Source of the DNA: Rhizophagus irregularis
Lineage: Eukaryota
NCBI RefSeq assembly: GCF_026210795.1
Contig: NC_089430.1
Coordinates: 4,278,001-4,342,000, forward strand
Direction of reading: 5' to 3'
Length of the DNA stretch: 64,000 nucleotides
Shown here: positions 38,810 through 53,067 of the stretch, piece after piece
Layout of the letters: the number at the start of each line of letters is the position of its first letter
Position numbering within the stretch: position 1 is the stretch's first letter
The notes under the pieces: model-generated
Database searches by the model: none
Seen by the model: only the letters and a program-made list of their open reading frames with translations
What the model was told of the DNA's origin: nothing
Made by a program: the position numbers and the translations under genes

Positions 38810-40710
38810 ATTGAACACTTCCTTCAAAAATTAAAAAACATAACAATTCCGCAGTAAAATTTTAATTTTATTTTACTCAGTTTTTTATTAAAATGGAAGA
38901 TACAAGAAAAATACAAATAGCCGAAAATAAGTTTCTTATGCTTATTATGGGTGATGAAAATAGGTTTTTAAAAACTACATATTTCCAATATATACAATAT
39001 TGTGAAAGTCTTAGTGCTTCGTTTTTTAAGGGACGTTCAACAGAAGTTCAAAATAATATTTTAAAAGCAAATTTTGGATTAACAAATGAAGACATACTCA
39101 GTTGGGAGAATAGAGCCTCTCGTTACCAAATGACTCCTCAAAGTTTCTCATTTTTTTTACATGTTGCTATGTATTCTGCTTCTCATGGTTTTAACGCAGT
39201 ATATAATGGGGTACAACAGAGATATGCTGAAAGAAAGCAAATAATAAATGTTGTGAGAAAACATGAGGATAAGTCTAAAAAAAGAAAGGCTAAAAAGAAT
39301 AAAAAGAAAAAACACCAAACTGTTGATTCTGATTCTGATCCATTAACAAATGATGAATCAGATGATTATATGCGAAATACTGTTGATGATGATGATCAAA
39401 TAGGTGATGATCAAGATGTTAATATAAATCGGTCGATTGCGGATGCCTCTGGATCTCAATCACATATTGATCAACTTTTTGATATGGACGTTACACCAGT
39501 AGAACCAGTATCTAATCTGGATGTTACAATGCCTCAGCCGCAGCTATTACAACAACCAGATAATAATTTATCTAATTTGACAAAATCTTCGAATAAAAAA
39601 AAGAAGTCAAATAAAAATATAATTCAGCAAGTTATTACAGGTCATAAACCAGGTGATGATGGTACATTACAAGTCAGAGACATTTTGGTTTATGATATCC
39701 CAGTATCCTGGACGCCAGAAGAAATTCTGCAAAAGTTAACATTTTGGGGGAATACTATCTCATTACAAATGAAACAACAAAAGAAATACCAAACAGTTCA
39801 TTTGAAGATAGAATTAAATTCTTTGCGTCTTACCCAGTTCAAAGGTAATGATGATCCTGTTTGAACTACAGATTTAGGGGGATACCAGTTCGATGGTTTC
39901 CAGCAAGGTGTACACTCAAAGAAAGAAAACAACGTGAGAAGTTCCAAGCTACGATTCAAAAAATTCCAGAATCGATGATGATAGCAGCCTTATGGAAAGA
40001 CCATTGCCTACATTCATTCCTTTCTGTGATTAAGGGTTTGAAAAGCTTTAAAATTATACAGACTGCAAGGGGGAATCGTAAACTTATTAGTTATTTTGAA
40101 AAGTGGGTTGATATGCGTACAGCATTAGATAATCAATTTGATTGGGAGCAATTGCACCTGTCTTGGAATCGACATAATTCTTCATTGCAACGAACAAGGT
40201 CATTTGGTAATAATACCAACAAGGACCGGCAATGAACTTCAGGAAGTCGACAGACTGATAAAAGTAAGCAGAATTCTAAGAATTCTAAAAAGAAACTACA
40301 AGAGGCAAAATCTGAGAAGCATAAAAAGCAGAAGAAAGATAAGTCCTGTAAAACATTACGATCAAAGGTCTTAGCGGAAATTTTAGATGTTTTACGTAAA
40401 TTAATTTAGGATATACTAAATTTTTTTAGGTTTTAGAATAATTTTCTTTTTGTTTTATAGTGTGTTTTTTTTTTTAGAAAAATATTTTTGATCTAGTCAC
40501 CAAAGGATGTATAAATACCGGTAGGGTGCTTATGCATGTGAAAGTATTTGGGCAGGCATGACGGTAGATAGTTCTTTTGAACATATATTCTTAAGTTACC
40601 ATTTTTTTTATTAGTTTTTATTCGATCTTGTATTTAAACTAGATTAGTTCAATTTTGTATATTTTTCTTTTATAATAAATATTGTCCTTTGTTTTAAAAA
40701 AAAAAAAAAA
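38810..40710 (+). mobile_element. Poly(A)-tailed retroelement encoding only an ORF1-like protein (ancestral ORF 38893-40409, about 505 aa)
   Basis: TSD tgaatatctaaaac at 38796-38809 and 40714-40727; A15 tail at 40696-40710. The ORF is restored by one base at about 39862 and read-through of TGA at 40233-40235, ending VLAEILDVLRKLI*. No RT or endonuclease. Confidence 0.8.
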
Positions 40711-42992
40711 TGTTGAATATCTAAAACCAATATTTTTAAAATACCTTTATTAGATGCATATTCACCATAAAAGATCTTTTATTTTTCCAAAATGGTAAAT
40801 TTTATACATGTAACAATTGTGATATATTATTGAAATATAAAACAATTAAATTAAACTACTAACCAGATCAAAATTCATAAATCTTGTTAATATTATCAAA
40901 AAACATTGTAGTAACATTCAATTTATTAAGTATAATCATTTATAATCCAATTAGAAAAAATAGTACTTTTTGAAATAAGGTGAACAAGTATGTAAAATGA
41001 CCAAATTTGTATGGAATTACTTTCATATTGTAATTTTCACTAATTTGATTTGCAATAATATTATGGAAAGGTCTTTTGAAAAGATCAAAATAATAAAATT
41101 GTAAAAAAACATGTTATCACTTCAAACAAAGACTACTTACAAGATATGAAATGAAAAAAAATCTTTATCTTTCACAAATAATTTACAATAAGGATAAATA
41201 TTTTTGGGAAATAATTAAAACTAAATTTAACCTTGAGGAGTTCAAAATTCAGTCCAGTTCTGAAGTTAATATAATACAATACATTCTTATAATACATGAT
41301 AATGGCTATAGGAATCACAAACTGAATCTATCATATTGTAGAGAAAATCCTCAATTTTACAAACTAAAAAGTTTCCAAATCCAAGGGATACATAATTTAT
41401 AATAATGGCATCCTTGCAAGAACTGGCTCCTTGCTCTGATTTGCAGATTCTTAGTTCTAACAAATATGTAAGTTAGTAAGTATACTAATATGTAGTACTA
41501 ATTATTATGATTATCTAAAATAATTTTGTAAAGTAATATAATTAATGAAATTATTTCATGTAATAATTGTAATCTATAGTATAATGGTGATAAGTATAAA
41601 AAGAATGATTACTAGAAAGTGGATCATTATTATCATTTTTTTTAGTATTTCATGTAGATGTTTCCATATATAAAATATTTGTGGAAGACTAAAATTTTGA
41701 ACAATGGTATTAAGTTGGTATTCCTTTTTTCTCAAAAATGAATCTCCTGTTCTAATAAAGAAAGGTAATACATTTGCAAGTAATTCATCTACAATTTTTC
41801 TTGCACAATGTGCAAACCTGTTTTATGGAATACAGTATATAATTTGTTGATTCTATATGTTTTATTTTATATAAAGTAAAAAAACATTATGCAGAAATTG
41901 TAGTTATTGAAATATAATTATTTTAAATTAAGGTAAAAATAGTATATAATAATAAATATGTAATACAATAGAAAACATTTCCAATAAATATTATTGATGT
42001 TATTTTAATAGAAGATTTCAGATATAGGTTATCATTGAATTGAATCTGTATTCGTCTTGTGAAGGATATATGGATTTTTCAAATAATATTTTTACGACCC
42101 TTTTAACGAGCTCCTAATCAAACGAGGTTAGTATTTCAGTTTTACATTAAATAATATTTATCTTTTATTACCTTTATATAATCTGGATCTATTGTATTAT
42201 TTTTTTTGTTATCATCGTTCAACTTTTTTTCTATACCCAAAAGACAGGTTTTGAGACTTTTTTAACTAGTGAGGAGTACTTCAAGCTTAGAAATTATTTG
42301 TGAATCAGCTCTTAAGAGCCATCCCAAATAAATTATGATTAGAATTTTTTAATATTGTGTTGTTACTTGATTCTATAAAACTGGTCTATTAATATATATT
42401 CAATATATACAATAAATACAGATGTATTTCACTTTACCATATTTCTTTTAAATTTAAATAAAATATGGCTGTGTTGATGCTGCTTTTGATTGAAATTTGG
42501 AAAATTATTAATTTTAAAACTTTTTGTTGTAAAAAAATATAAAATATTGATAAATAAATTAATTTCCACTTAATAAATGAAATGGTAAAGCTTCTTAATA
42601 CAAGTATTGAGTTTGATAACTTTGCTTTATCTTAAAACTTGCATTATTTCAAATATGAAGTTGAAATTATGCAATGTAATATGTATAATTTGAAAAAATA
42701 ATGAATTAATAAATTAATTAATTGAAAATACTCTGGCAGTATGAATAACATGTCTTTAGGTGGCCTATTCAAGAAACACTTTTATTACTCCTGCAACAAT
42801 TTTCTCACTTTCTAAATAACAGATTTTAGTCATTCTACAATTCTTTAATGCATAAAAATGGGCCATTGATTTCAATTGTGAGGTGTGTAAACTTTGATAT
42901 GTAACTGAAAGAATTGGTTACATTCAACAATTCAAGGTTACTAAATCCAACTTTTATACTGTCTTCATTAAAAAATCATTATTAAATTCATA

Positions 42993-43073
42993 AAGATTTT
43001 CAAGTGCTTTTTTAGCTGCTAAATTGATAATATGAGCTAAACATCTAATATGTTTGTTATTTGGATCAAAATT
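42993..43073 (-). mobile_element. hAT transposase remnant
   Basis: Translates to NFDPNNKHIRCLAHIINLAAKKALENL, containing the hAT CxxH motif. Confidence 0.75.
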
Positions 43074-46000
43074 AATATATTTTTTAAGATAATTTATCTA
43101 ATATAGTGTCTATGTTCATTATCACATCTTATTGCTAAAATAAATAAACTGTCTACTTTTTAACAAATTAGCAACAAGAATAGATCAATAATTTGTATTG
43201 GAGCATCCTTTCAAGGACTATAAATACTAGCATGAAAGTTCATTGAATGCATCTCCAATAATTTCAATTACTACTTTATGTTAAGATGAACACATTTCAA
43301 CTATATATTATATATGGATGTCACAATATTTATTCTTTCAATTAAAGATGCACCAACAATAATTAAAATAGGTCATAAAGAATCATCAATATCATTATGG
43401 GCAAAAAATATTGCAGAATAAAATAAAATTCATGAATGAAGATGCATTATAATTAAGTTCTACCTCTATTATTCCCTAACTTTGAAGCAGATAATATTAC
43501 TAAAGGTTATTTGTTGACTTTGAGTTGAATTTATCCTATTAAAATATTATCATGCATTTGAATTATATCAGATGTAATCTTGACTATTGCTAATAGAATT
43601 GGAGGTTATAAATTGAATTCTGATTCAAGCTGTGTTTTATTTGATTTAATTAATCATATATTATTTATAAAATATTCAATGAGCATAAAAAAATAATTAT
43701 GATGATGGCGAAAAGGTAGCTCCCGATGAGAATGGTGAGAAAATGGATATAGAGGAAAAAGGTGATTGTTGATGATGAGATGATTGTTGAGATTATTGAT
43801 AATTTTTTAGAAAGAATATTATAAGTATAATTGTGACAAACTTCAAAATTCATGTTACTTAGGTATGAAAGCTTTACATTATGAACATGCCAACGGTCAT
43901 TACATTTATAAATTATTTCACTAATCCGCAATGAACCATCAGGAAGAAATGTGCTTTGGGTCATTATCTTGCTAAAATTTCAATCATCCATAATAAATTT
44001 TGCATTCCCAATTTTGACTCATCTTTATAAACTTCCATCACTAAAGGAAAACTATTTTCAGTTAAATTAATTCATAAAAATTTTCCCATTCTTTGTTTAA
44101 TTTATGAAATTAAACAGGTTGATTTTTTTTCTATTTTCTTTGTTTAATTATATTGTAATGACCTCTTGGTGCTTGAGAAACCAATCCTAGATATGCAAAA
44201 AATTAAATTTTTTTTAACTTCATTTTAGGATACATGTGGATACACACTGTACCCCTATTTTGTTATACAAGATTCAAAGTGTATGCAAATGTTTAAATGT
44301 CCAAAAATGCTTTTGAGTTACCAAATAATAAGGAGCCATTTCAAAAGGGAGATGATTTCTTCTGAAATTATGACATTTCTTAATGAAAGTGGAAGATTGC
44401 AGATGGTGCAGTGGAATGCATCATAACTTATTTCAAATTCAGCAAGATGATTTATTAAGCAGGAACCTAGTCCATTGCAAGCAGTAACAATGTAACATTT
44501 CCATTAGCATTACTATTAGTATTACTATTAGCATCATTCTGAAATAAAATAAAAATAAAGTCTCTAAGGAATGTAATAATCCTTAATGCAGTCATCACGT
44601 GATGGAAAAGGTTGAGATCGTAAGAGTTTTTGAGATGAAGTATCAATAAAAGCAATAGGGATATCATCTGAGGTGAGAAGTGCATAATGATAAAGAAAAT
44701 AGTAATAATAGGAAAGGGAAAAAGTGAGAAAGAAGTGAGTTTTAAGGGGAATTCCCACTGTAATATTTGCCAAAAATACTTAAATTGATTGTAAGAAACA
44801 TAAATGGTACTATGCAGTGTGCTAATATTACCTCTTCAAAATATACTCCTGGTTATCCATTTACTGCTGCATGATTTGGTTTAAATGTTCTACATTTATT
44901 ACTAAGTAAAAAATAACTTATTTTTGCTTATTATGTAACAAATCTGCCTATGTAAAAATTTTCCTTTATCCACAAGCCATAACTAAAACAAATTGGTTAT
45001 TTTATAATCATAACAGTTTTCAATATTTTTAGAACAAAGGTTGAATTTTCAAAAAAATCTTATGAATAATTGAAAACTGTTACATTTTAAAATAAATCTG
45101 GTATTGTTAGCTGGACCTACAGTATATTATGGAACTATCCTCATATGCTTATGAATATTCCTTTGGTAAAAAGTGATAAACTCAAGAAAAAGTTTATAAC
45201 GTCATTATACTTTTTAGTAATCATAAATTTGTAATTTGAATTTGGTAAACTATTCTCGTTTTTAAATTGTTTAATTATCCTATTTCTGTTTTTTTTTTCC
45301 AACAGTTGAAGCAGTGTCCTTATAGCAAAGTGATAGTCATCTATGTTTGGACATCCAAAAAATTAAACTCATATAATAATCAAGCTATTTGAACATTTAG
45401 ACTAGCTATGAATAACTTGATTAATCTGCTATTAGACTAAGTTGGAGACAATAGATGGAGTAGACTTTAAAGAATACTATGCTCAATATGATCTAAAAGT
45501 TTGCTTTGACAATATCTGTTCAATATTTTAATTATAGTCATTCAATAAATAAATTTGTAAGTTAGCTGGTCTTATATTTAATAACTTTATATGAATGTAT
45601 TGATCCTTGTTGGACAGTTGCTGAATTTATTTTGTACTATAAGTTCTAAAGCCTTAAGAATTTCCAAGTGAAGAATCTGTACATAAAGTAAGTGATGGTA
45701 TAATATTCTCAACAGTACTTTGATAATGTTTATTAAAGATTTTAATTTGTGTATGACTAAAATTTGAAGGGTTATTGAGTAGCATTGGTAGTCATTCTTT
45801 AAATATTTTATTGCTATATAAAAGAAAGTATATAATATTGTTCAATATTGTATTGAAGTGATACTATATTATTGGTATTGATGATTATTGTAAACCAATA
45901 ATTAACTATATAGTGTTTATTGTAATATAATAAAATTCAAAGGGATGTTTAAAAATTAATTATATTGTAAATTTTTTTTAGAATATACAGCTTGACCAAA

Positions 46001-47501
46001 TTTTGCATTCAATCTGTTAAAATTATCATATTATTTATTAATGATATTATATATATTGTTTTCTTTAATGATTTAAAATTCCTAAGTAAATATTTTTGAG
46101 AGAACATAAGGGGAATTTAACAATGAAATTTATGAATTACAGACTTATTTATAATAAAATTTTGATTGTTTAATTTAGTGATGTACAGAATTTTGCCACA
46201 TATTTATGTCAAAGCCAAAAAAATTGCTACAGCCACAAAATCAAAGTTATAATATCCAGAAAGAATTTCTAAGCATAGCCTTATTATATATGCTAAGCCC
46301 TTACAAAGTCGAAAATTGATATTTGATTAGTTTTAAACCTGTTAAACAACATTTTTTAGCCTTTTAGAACCTGTTTTATTATTATAGGTTTTTTTATTAT
46401 TATTTAAGAGGCATGTAGTTTGTTTATACAACATAATTTATACAATGTAACAACGTATATGATATAAAGAATTGTAGAATGCAAAGCACATGATTTATGA
46501 TCATATGATGTATGGTATGTAATTTTAATATTAAACAAAATTGATTGTAAAAAATAAATCTAAAAAAAATTTTAATTTTTTTCTGTATTGTTAACACAAT
46601 ATATCAATATATAAAGTGAAAATTTTCACAATTTAATGATATATACAGAATACTTTTCATTATTTTTAATTTAGTTCATTACTTCTATTTTAAATCTTTT
46701 TTCGTATACAAAAAGATTAGTAAAGGATTATTTTATGATAAATTATTTTGTTATTTTTGGATAAATGAAGCCATTAAGATTAGTAATTATAAATACTAAT
46801 AAAATCACATTATTTAATGACTTTACAGTATAGAATGTTTAAATTTTATATTTCTATAAAGTGTATATAATTAGGATAAAGAAATAGCGGTCTGAATCAG
46901 TTCTGAAAACTGTTTAACAATTTAAAATCAAACTGGATTTATTTCTAAACTCTCTGAAAGAAACTATAAAAAAAACTATAAAAAAAAATTTAGTATAAGC
47001 ACACCTCCGTTCGAAATAAGAATGATGGCAAATTAGTATGGTCATTCACAATTTTTTTAACTAATATGTCTTCACATATTCTATTTTTATATATTTAATT
47101 TGACGCTCTTAATTTTAATTACCTTGGGATTACCTAGAACCGAAAAGGAAGTGAATGAGCATTCCCATATGTAAGATGCATTGTACTACTAAGTTTATCA
47201 CGTGAATAAGCCTGTGAAACCAACTAATTCTAGAATAAATTTTTCGCTGCTTACAAATTCTTTTGTGAAATCATTTCAGGCTGATTTACGATTAATTTCG
47301 GCAATGATACTATATAGATCACATGATTTAACTTGTAAATTTGTCATTTTAACACTGGTTAATTTTAAGTGATCGACATACAAATATAGCATTATATCAA
47401 ACTCGTGATTATTCCTTATAAATTGAATTTTTGAACAAGAAAATTATTAACGCGTTGTTTTAATTTTTTTTTTAAAAAAAAAAAATCCGAAAGGAAAAAA
47501 T

Positions 47502-48999
47502 ATGACAACAACTTTTCATCATAATCTTTCAAAGGATTTTTCCTTAATATTAAATGATGCAGATGATTACAATGTTATTATTCAAGTTGGTGAAAACAAT
47601 ACAAAAGAATTTCGTGCACACTCAATTGTTTTACGTGCTCGTTCACCTTATTTCAAAACTGCACTTTCCGTTAATTGGATAACAAGAGAAAATAATATGA
47701 TTATATTTAATAAACCAAATGTTACTCCAATCGTTTTTGAAATGATTTTAAAGTAAGAAAGATTGATACATAAATTTTTTTATTTTATATAATGTTATTT
47801 TTAATTTATTAACATATTTTAAAATATTAATTAGATATATTTATACTGGTGAACTTGATCTGACTAATCAATCAGGTGAAGACATTCTTGGTTTATTAGT
47901 TGCATCTGATGAATTACTTCTTGAAGAGTTATTCGAATATGTTCAAGATTATTTGATCGAAAAACTAAATAGCTGGATTTATGAAAATGTTGATCTCATT
48001 CTTCATTCTGTATTTAATCTTGAAAATTGTAAGAAATTAAGAGATTATTGTCTTGAATTTATCTGCAAAGATCCACTACCATTTATGTCTTCAGAAATTT
48101 TTCCTTTAATAAAAAAGGAAATTCTTTTTTGCTTGCTCCAAAGGGACGACTTATCTATTGAAGAAATTATCATTTGGGATTATTTAATTAAATGGGGCAT
48201 TGAACAAACCCCCGGTCTTGAAAGTAATAAGGCAAAGTGGAATGAAGAAAATTATCAAGCGTTGAAGAAAACTTTAAATCAATTTATTCCACTTATTCAA
48301 TTTGTTAAAATTTCGCGAGCAGATTTTTTTGATAAAGTTCGACCTTATAAAGCCATTATTCCTAATGATATTTATGATGAAATTGAAGAATTTTATTATA
48401 AAGATACTTTACCAAAGAATTTATCACCTAGAAAAGGTTTACTAACAAAAATTAAATCAAGCATTATCAAACCAAATCTTGCAAATATTATATTTAATTG
48501 GATTGATAAAAAGGATATCATGTATACACGTACTATAAATGATCCAGTTTATAAGTTCGACCTTATTTATCGTGGTAGTCGTGATGGAATTAATAATGAA
48601 ACATTTAAAGATTATTGTAATGGACGAGTAGCAAGTTTAGTTTTAATTAAGGTTCAAAATTCAAACAAGATTTTTGGAGGGTATAGCTCTATAGGATTTA
48701 ATTCAATAGGAGATGGTTATTTTGTTGAATTTGGATATCTATGGTATAGTTCATCAGATAACTTTATTTTCTCATTTGAACATGGAGAAGACACACAAAA
48801 TATGAAAATAAGTCGGGTAATAGATTATTCTAAATCTATAATTATTAATCGCGCTGGATTTAATTTTGGATGGGGTTCATTATGTATGACCAATCAAACT
48901 TTACACCTTAATAATAGCGACAATGCTTATGAAAATAATTTACACACTAATAGAACTTATTTGATCGAAGAGATTGAAACGTTTACCATAAGTCCATAA
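47502..48999 (+). CDS. BTB/POZ-BACK-TLDc protein, 471 aa, 2 exons
   Basis: Exons 47502-47752 and 47835-48999 total 472 codons; domain motifs are intact. Confidence 0.92.
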
Positions 49000-50341
49000 C
49001 TAGATAATTATTCAATAAATGTCATTTACTAAGTTAAAATAAATAAAGAATATAGAAAATGATTTATGATGATGAAAACTTTAATGAAAAAACAAAGATT
49101 TTAACAATTGTCATATAAAATAACATTATTTAGATACAGTATCTTGAAAGATTAGGCCTTCACTAGTAAATATGATTTACAAATATGCTACGAATTAAAA
49201 GATGTTTATTCAATAAATTCAATAATATAATGTGAAAATATAAAATTAAATTGCAGGTATGAAGAACAATTTGCATATTATATTAATTGCATCACACAAT
49301 AATTTTTTTAGTCGTTGTAAATTTTATTACGTGCATGATTATAGTTAGAAACATTTACAACTATCACGACTATAAAAAAAAATTATGGTTTAAAGCGTTT
49401 GTATAAATACCAAACAAGTCGATACCTACAAAAAGAAAATTAAAAGAAAAGAAAAGAAACGTTAGTTAAAATATTTTTCTGTTTAATTTATTAATATGTG
49501 TATATAATTATGTTTAATTTATAAAAGATATGTGCTTTAGCCATGCTTGTAATCTGCCAAAGACTTCTTTCCTTTTTCTGAATCATATCTAAAATTAATA
49601 ATAGAAATAAGTATAAAGTATCGAATTCTTCTGTGCTAAATTTATTCTAAGATCAAGAATGATAAAAATCAAAATTAACTCTTAAGTTCAAAATTGCTAT
49701 CGAAAAAAAGAAATGTTGGGAGAACCGATCTGAGTTATAAATAAAACCGCTTTTAAAATAAATGTTAACTGACCGAACTATCCATATCACTGATTATTTT
49801 GAAGATAAAAAGATAAAAGTAAATTTTATTCATTTGTTCAAAGCTAATAGATAGTTTTAAAAATAAATAATAATTACATAAAAAAATTCAATTAATATGT
49901 CAAGTTATAATATTTTTTTAAAATAAAATGATCATGAATCAAACATCATTCACGAAAACAAAAGACGAAGTTAATAATAAAAAAAATTAACCTGTTATAA
50001 TATTTTAATATACCTGATCATAACTATGAATGAGTTTATAAAGTTTAATAATTTTCTATTTTTTCGTTATTCTAAAAAAATTATACTTTTATAATTTAAC
50101 ATAACGCTAGTATATCAATCACAAAAGTACAGTCCTTTCCTTCACTACTGAAATAAAAAAAATTATGTAGCTTATCCCAATAATCGCTAATATTCCATTT
50201 TTTTATTAAAATTTGAACGTATTCAAATGTAGTTTATGTAAAATCATATGATAAAAATGTAGTTTAAACTATAAAATAAATAAATAAATAAATATACATA
50301 TATATATTGATTCTTTAGAAATAATTTACAGTGAAAATTAT

Positions 50342-51979
50342 TTAGTTAATACTATCACCATCTGTTATTTAAAGTTTAAAATAAAACATTGGTGAATTAG
50401 TTTTAATTTTACATCATAAAAATAATATCACGAATATATAATAGATTATATTTACCTTCTAACCTTGATGTGCTAGGAACTTCTAAGTTAATTAATTGAG
50501 AATCTTGACAACCTATCAAATTAAATAAGTTTTAATTATTTAATAAAATTTAAAAAATATAATATAGTAAAATGTAATACCTTCATTATCTTCTTCATTA
50601 AGATATGTAGTAGCAATAAAAGATGAATTAATAGGTTTTGACAAATTACTGAATGTAAATGCTCTACTAGTATAAATAGCATCAGGTTTTTTTTCATTTG
50701 AGGTTGAAATATTTGGTATTTCTTTATCAGCTTCTTCAAATACAGCTTTAACTACTTCTCCTTTATAACCATATTTTTCATTATCACTATAATTATTCCA
50801 ACAAATTAATATTTCGTGTAATTCATTGGCTGTTGGTCTTTGATTTGGATTAGCATTCATACATCTATGAGCTAATTTCTTATAAATTTCAGGAGTTCCT
50901 TTTCCAAATTCTGGTCTGAGTCCATTACATATTTCTAATGCTAAGCCACCATCATGTTTTCTTTTATAAAAAGGAGGTTTTCCAGATGATAATTCAGCCA
51001 TAACTACACCAAAGCTATAAATGTCAGAAGATAATGTATATGGTTCTCCATTTAAAACTTCTGGAGCAATATATGGCAACACACCAACTATTTTATTACT
51101 ATCTGATGATTTCTGTTCATTTGATGGTCTAGATAATCCAAAATCTGAAATATAAGAATTAACGCCAATACTTAATATATTTCCACTATGAAAATCTTTA
51201 TGAAAATATCCTAATTCATGTAAATTTTTAAGGTCAAATGCTGAATCCGATAAATATCTAATTTTCCCATTCCATAAAGTTTTTTTAAAATTACTTGAAA
51301 GAATATTTCTCAAATTTCCACCATCTGCATATTGCATGATCATTATAATTTCTTCAGTTTCTGGGTCTTTAGATATTCCATAAAATTTTAAAGAATCATC
51401 TTGTAAACAATTTAATTTCCAATGCGTTTTAAGCTATTAATTAAATTAAATCAAATTAATATTTTCAAAAAAATTAAAAAATATAAAATATAAATGAAAA
51501 TATACCTCATTTAAATAATCAGCTGACATATTCTGTGATCCATTTAGCCTTTTCAAGGCAACTTTCATGGATTCAGGTTCTTCTTTTATCCAATTTCCAT
51601 CATCTTGTTTAATGTATTTTGCATCACCATCAATCCAAGTTGCAGAATACACTTTTGCAAATCCACCTTCACCTATTTGTTTCATATCTTCAAATCTATC
51701 AAATGGAACCCATTCAAGAAATGATGGGCCAAATTCATCATTACCAATATATTTCTCACGTGCATCATAAATCGTATCCTTGATAAGATTATCAATATCA
51801 TCATTTCCACTGGTCCATCCTTCAATTATGCAACGAGGAACACATTCTTTACACCAAAATTTTTCATCATTTGGGTCATCACAATTTTCATGATTAATTT
51901 TTGATGAATTTGGATTTTTATCAGAAATATTTAATTCATTAAATTCAGTTACGACTTCGTTTTCATTAATAAAATTCAT
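50342..51979 (-). CDS. Tyrosine-kinase-like protein kinase, 467 aa, 4 exons
   Basis: Exons 51979-51506, 51433-50581, 50512-50456 and 50361-50342 total 468 codons; GEGGFA, VALK, HKDFHSGN, DFG and APE motifs; same intron positions as 8275-9906. Confidence 0.93.
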
Positions 51980-52159
51980 TTTTAAATTTATGTTTTGTTA
52001 GTATTTTGCTTCAAATTTGCGAAAAAAGAATTTTACGTTCGAAAAAAAAAAAATTGGCGTTACTTTTATATTTATATTCAATGAAGATAAAAAAGGAATT
52101 ATTTCAACCAAAATTGTCATTGACATAATTGTGATACATCGCAGTATCACAATCAACAT

Positions 52160-52283
52160 ACTACAATCCGAAGTGTAACGAAGGTGATACAATGTCCTGC
52201 AGATGTCCGTCTGACACGTGACGAAGTACAACAATAAAACTTTAAACAGCACTTCGGACTTAATAACGGTTTCCGTTTCCTAG
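52160..52283 (+). mobile_element. Minimal Helentron/HINE-like element (about 125 bp)
   Basis: Perfect subterminal IR tccgaagtg/cacttcgga; gtccgtct motif; stem-loop aacggtttccgtt followed by CTAG; same architecture as 11074-11587. Confidence 0.6.
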
Positions 52284-53067
52284 ATCATTCCAATAATTAA
52301 AATTTATTAAAGTCTACTAATTTTGTTGATAAGTGAAATGTAGCACTAAAAATTTTGTTATTTGAACATTAAATTATATCTTAATTTACTTTCCGTTGTT
52401 TAAATTAACAAACGTTACAAAACCTTTTTAATCGTGGGTAACATTCATTATTTATTATACTTAATAAACTTAACGTACATAAAACCAATTAAAAAACAAC
52501 TTCTTTAATATTTAATGTGATACTTTCTAATTTTTATATTGTACTTATTATTAAAGTTTGAACGTTTTTTATATTCGTATTTTTTTCTAATAGAAAAGGA
52601 AAAGTAAGAAATTATTTAAAAAACTATAAATTTTATTACGTATATATTTAATTTTATATTTAACATTTTTAATATTTATATTATTACATTAAAATAAATA
52701 AGTTTATCTGATGAATAATAAAATTGAATAATATAATGATAATTAAGAGATTCTTTCAAAAAAATTTCATCACAAAAGAGTTTGATAGGAAAAAAAAAAA
52801 ATTTTTTTGAAAATAATCACGTTATGGTCGTTGATTGACAAGAAGTTACACAAGAAATTTATGTTTTATATAATTATGTAATTGAGTTATTTTCGACACA
52901 GATCAATATACAATACTGATGAACTAATTACGTCATAGGATTTTTACCGTAAAATGAATAGCACAATCATATGATACATGTCAATCAATTTCTGATGTGC
53001 AAATATAACGAACTTTACTCTTTTTTAATTTATTTTGCAAATTTTTTTTTTATTTTAAAGATTGGAA

